A stretch of 64,000 nucleotides of DNA, from contig CM060733.1 in assembly GCA_030704615.1 (NCBI GenBank), positions 62,806,001 through 62,870,000 on the forward strand. Reading direction: 5' to 3'. This document shows, in pieces, positions 62,401 to 64,000 of this stretch. Under the pieces are notes generated by a model. That model worked only from the letters and a program-made list of their open reading frames with translations, was not told where the DNA came from and did no database searches. The stretch comes from Takakia lepidozioides. Taxonomy: Eukaryota; Plantae; Bryophyta. Position 1 is the stretch's first letter. Each line of letters begins with the position of its first letter. The position numbers were made by a program, and so were the translations under genes.

Positions 62401-64000
62401 CTTTGAGGAGGCTGTCAGGCAACCCCTGTTTGGCAATCTCAACCTGGATTATGGCCCTTTGGCCTTTCTTCACAAACAATGGGCTACCTGGGAGGCAAAA
62501 GGACTCTCTCATATTGCCAATGTCTGGGAAAATGGTCAGTTTATCCAATCCGGCCTCTTGTCCTCTCTAATTTCGGCCAGATCCATTGCTTGTGCTTGGG
62601 ATCATATTATAAGAGGGGTACAATACGTTCAGCCCTTGCTAGTAGGGGATCCATGCACAGCCAGCGAATTGCCAGTATGGTTTGGATGCTCTCAAGGAAA
62701 CCGCCGGCTTGCCCTCTTGGCCACCTCCACCTCTGCTAACCATTGGGAAGGGCTTCTCTTCCAGGCTGGGGATGGTGGGCATTTGACCCTTCTAGGCACA
62801 GGAGAAATGCATCATGATCTAGCTTACCGGATACGGGTCTTTGAAACGTCCTCTGGATCCACAGAACCCAGCCCGCCCTTTGATGCGCAGATCTGCTGGG
62901 CTCAGAAACTATCATTTGTTTGGTTCCTGTCCTTTCCTCTAAGTAGGCTGCAGCTTGACCTTGGAGAATGGTCATGGATGGATGGCAAGAAAACGCCATT
63001 GCTTAGATACAAATTCAAGACAGGTTACAAAATGCTTCTCGGGCAAAACAGCCAAGTGGAATGGCAAATGGAATCTTGACTTGCAAATCCCTGGTTGGAA
63101 CTCTATATGGAAGAATATCTGGGCCAAGCACCGTCTGGCCAAGATCAGTGTTTTTTTGTGGAAATTGGCAAACAGGATTCTCCCAGTGGCAGCCTGCTTC
63201 CCTGAGCAGGATACTACATGCCTTGCCTGTAACATAAATTTGGAAGAATCAGTAGAGCATGTTTTTACAGAATGCAATACTGCTGTTAGAACCTGGCAGT
63301 TGGTGATAAGGTTCTATCTAAACTGGAAAGCAGTGCCACATACCGATGCTTCTTTACTGATGCTTAATCTACGTAATGGCTCGATCCGGAACTCCTACCC
63401 AATTTGGGCATGCCTAAGGGCACACACTCTATGGGCACTGTGGAAGGCTAGATGCAGCCAAGTCTTTGAAGGAAGACATCCAAGCATCAGATTCATTCTG
63501 TTTAAGTTGTACTCTGAGCTGTTGACTGAGGGGAAAAAGGCATGGGTGTCACTGGTTGCTGCAACAGGCAGGTGCAGCGAAAGGAGGAGTCGTTAACTTC
63601 TCGCGGATTTCGACATCACCTTGGGCAAAGATGACCTCATGTGCACAAGGCTCGATGAATCGAGAGTCCAATGGCACAATGATATCCCCCGGGCATGGCA
63701 AATCGCCGGTTGAATCGGATGGTCTTGATGTCAATTGGAAACATCTCAATCCATGGGCTGCAAAGTCCAACGCCCACGTGGATTTTGGGGTGTGAGCTAT
63801 CACTGCTCTGATGCTGCAGGATTTTTATGTGCCAAACTCCGTATATGATGCAGCACTAGACCACTTCATCTCTTCACTTCTACATCACTGATATTTCCTC
63901 TCTTTGCTAGACAGCCTAGACTCCCACTGTTCCCCCCCCTCTCTCATAATGCAGGGTGCTTCCCCTTGTGATACGCCTCTATGGCCCCATCGGAGGTCAT
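59418..64000 (+). mobile_element. L1/Tx1-like LINE ORF2 (APE endonuclease, RT, zf-RVT) with stops/frameshifts, plus 3' UTR running off the window; 58140-59417 is probably the ORF1 C-terminal region
   Basis: GGIAILIS, NVYAPN, WILVGDFN, RLDRIY, xDH; PGLDG, NYRPITLLN, LDFEKAFD, RQGCPLSP, YADD; GGLGL; FLWKL..C..C...ESVEHVFTEC. Confidence 0.93.

Overview
Eukaryotic nuclear DNA with spliceosomal introns, most likely from a seed-free land plant. This is inferred from PLS-type PPR remnants, an Mn-CDF MTP gene and bryophyte-like TE cargo. The window has three parts. (1) Bases 1-34.6 kb hold the 3' part of an MTP gene with a 1-nt frameshift, followed by nested, decayed transposons: two copies of one Ty3/gypsy family with a large extra ORF, a second gypsy family, MULE/SWIM remnants, PPR pseudogenes, a ~120-bp tandem array, a 78-bp fold-back and a LINE 3' end. 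(2) Bases 35-52 kb form a gene island with an ECHS1-type enoyl-CoA hydratase (-), a NudC-type NUDIX gene (+) with a young LINE in its first intron, and a single-domain Hsp31/DJ-1/PfpI gene (+). (3) Bases 52-64 kb hold LINE ORF1, a second ~120-bp array, a kinase remnant cut by a 3' LTR, and an L1/Tx1-like ORF2. The best candidate for an undescribed system is the NUDIX gene. Manual splicing shows it continues in phase through three small exons missed by the ORF track (47154-47209, 47338-47421, 47619-47783). These encode a complete Janus/Ocnus (PHPT1-like) phosphohistidine phosphatase domain with the catalytic His, giving a NudC-PHPT1 fusion protein. All exon models are manual and need RNA evidence.
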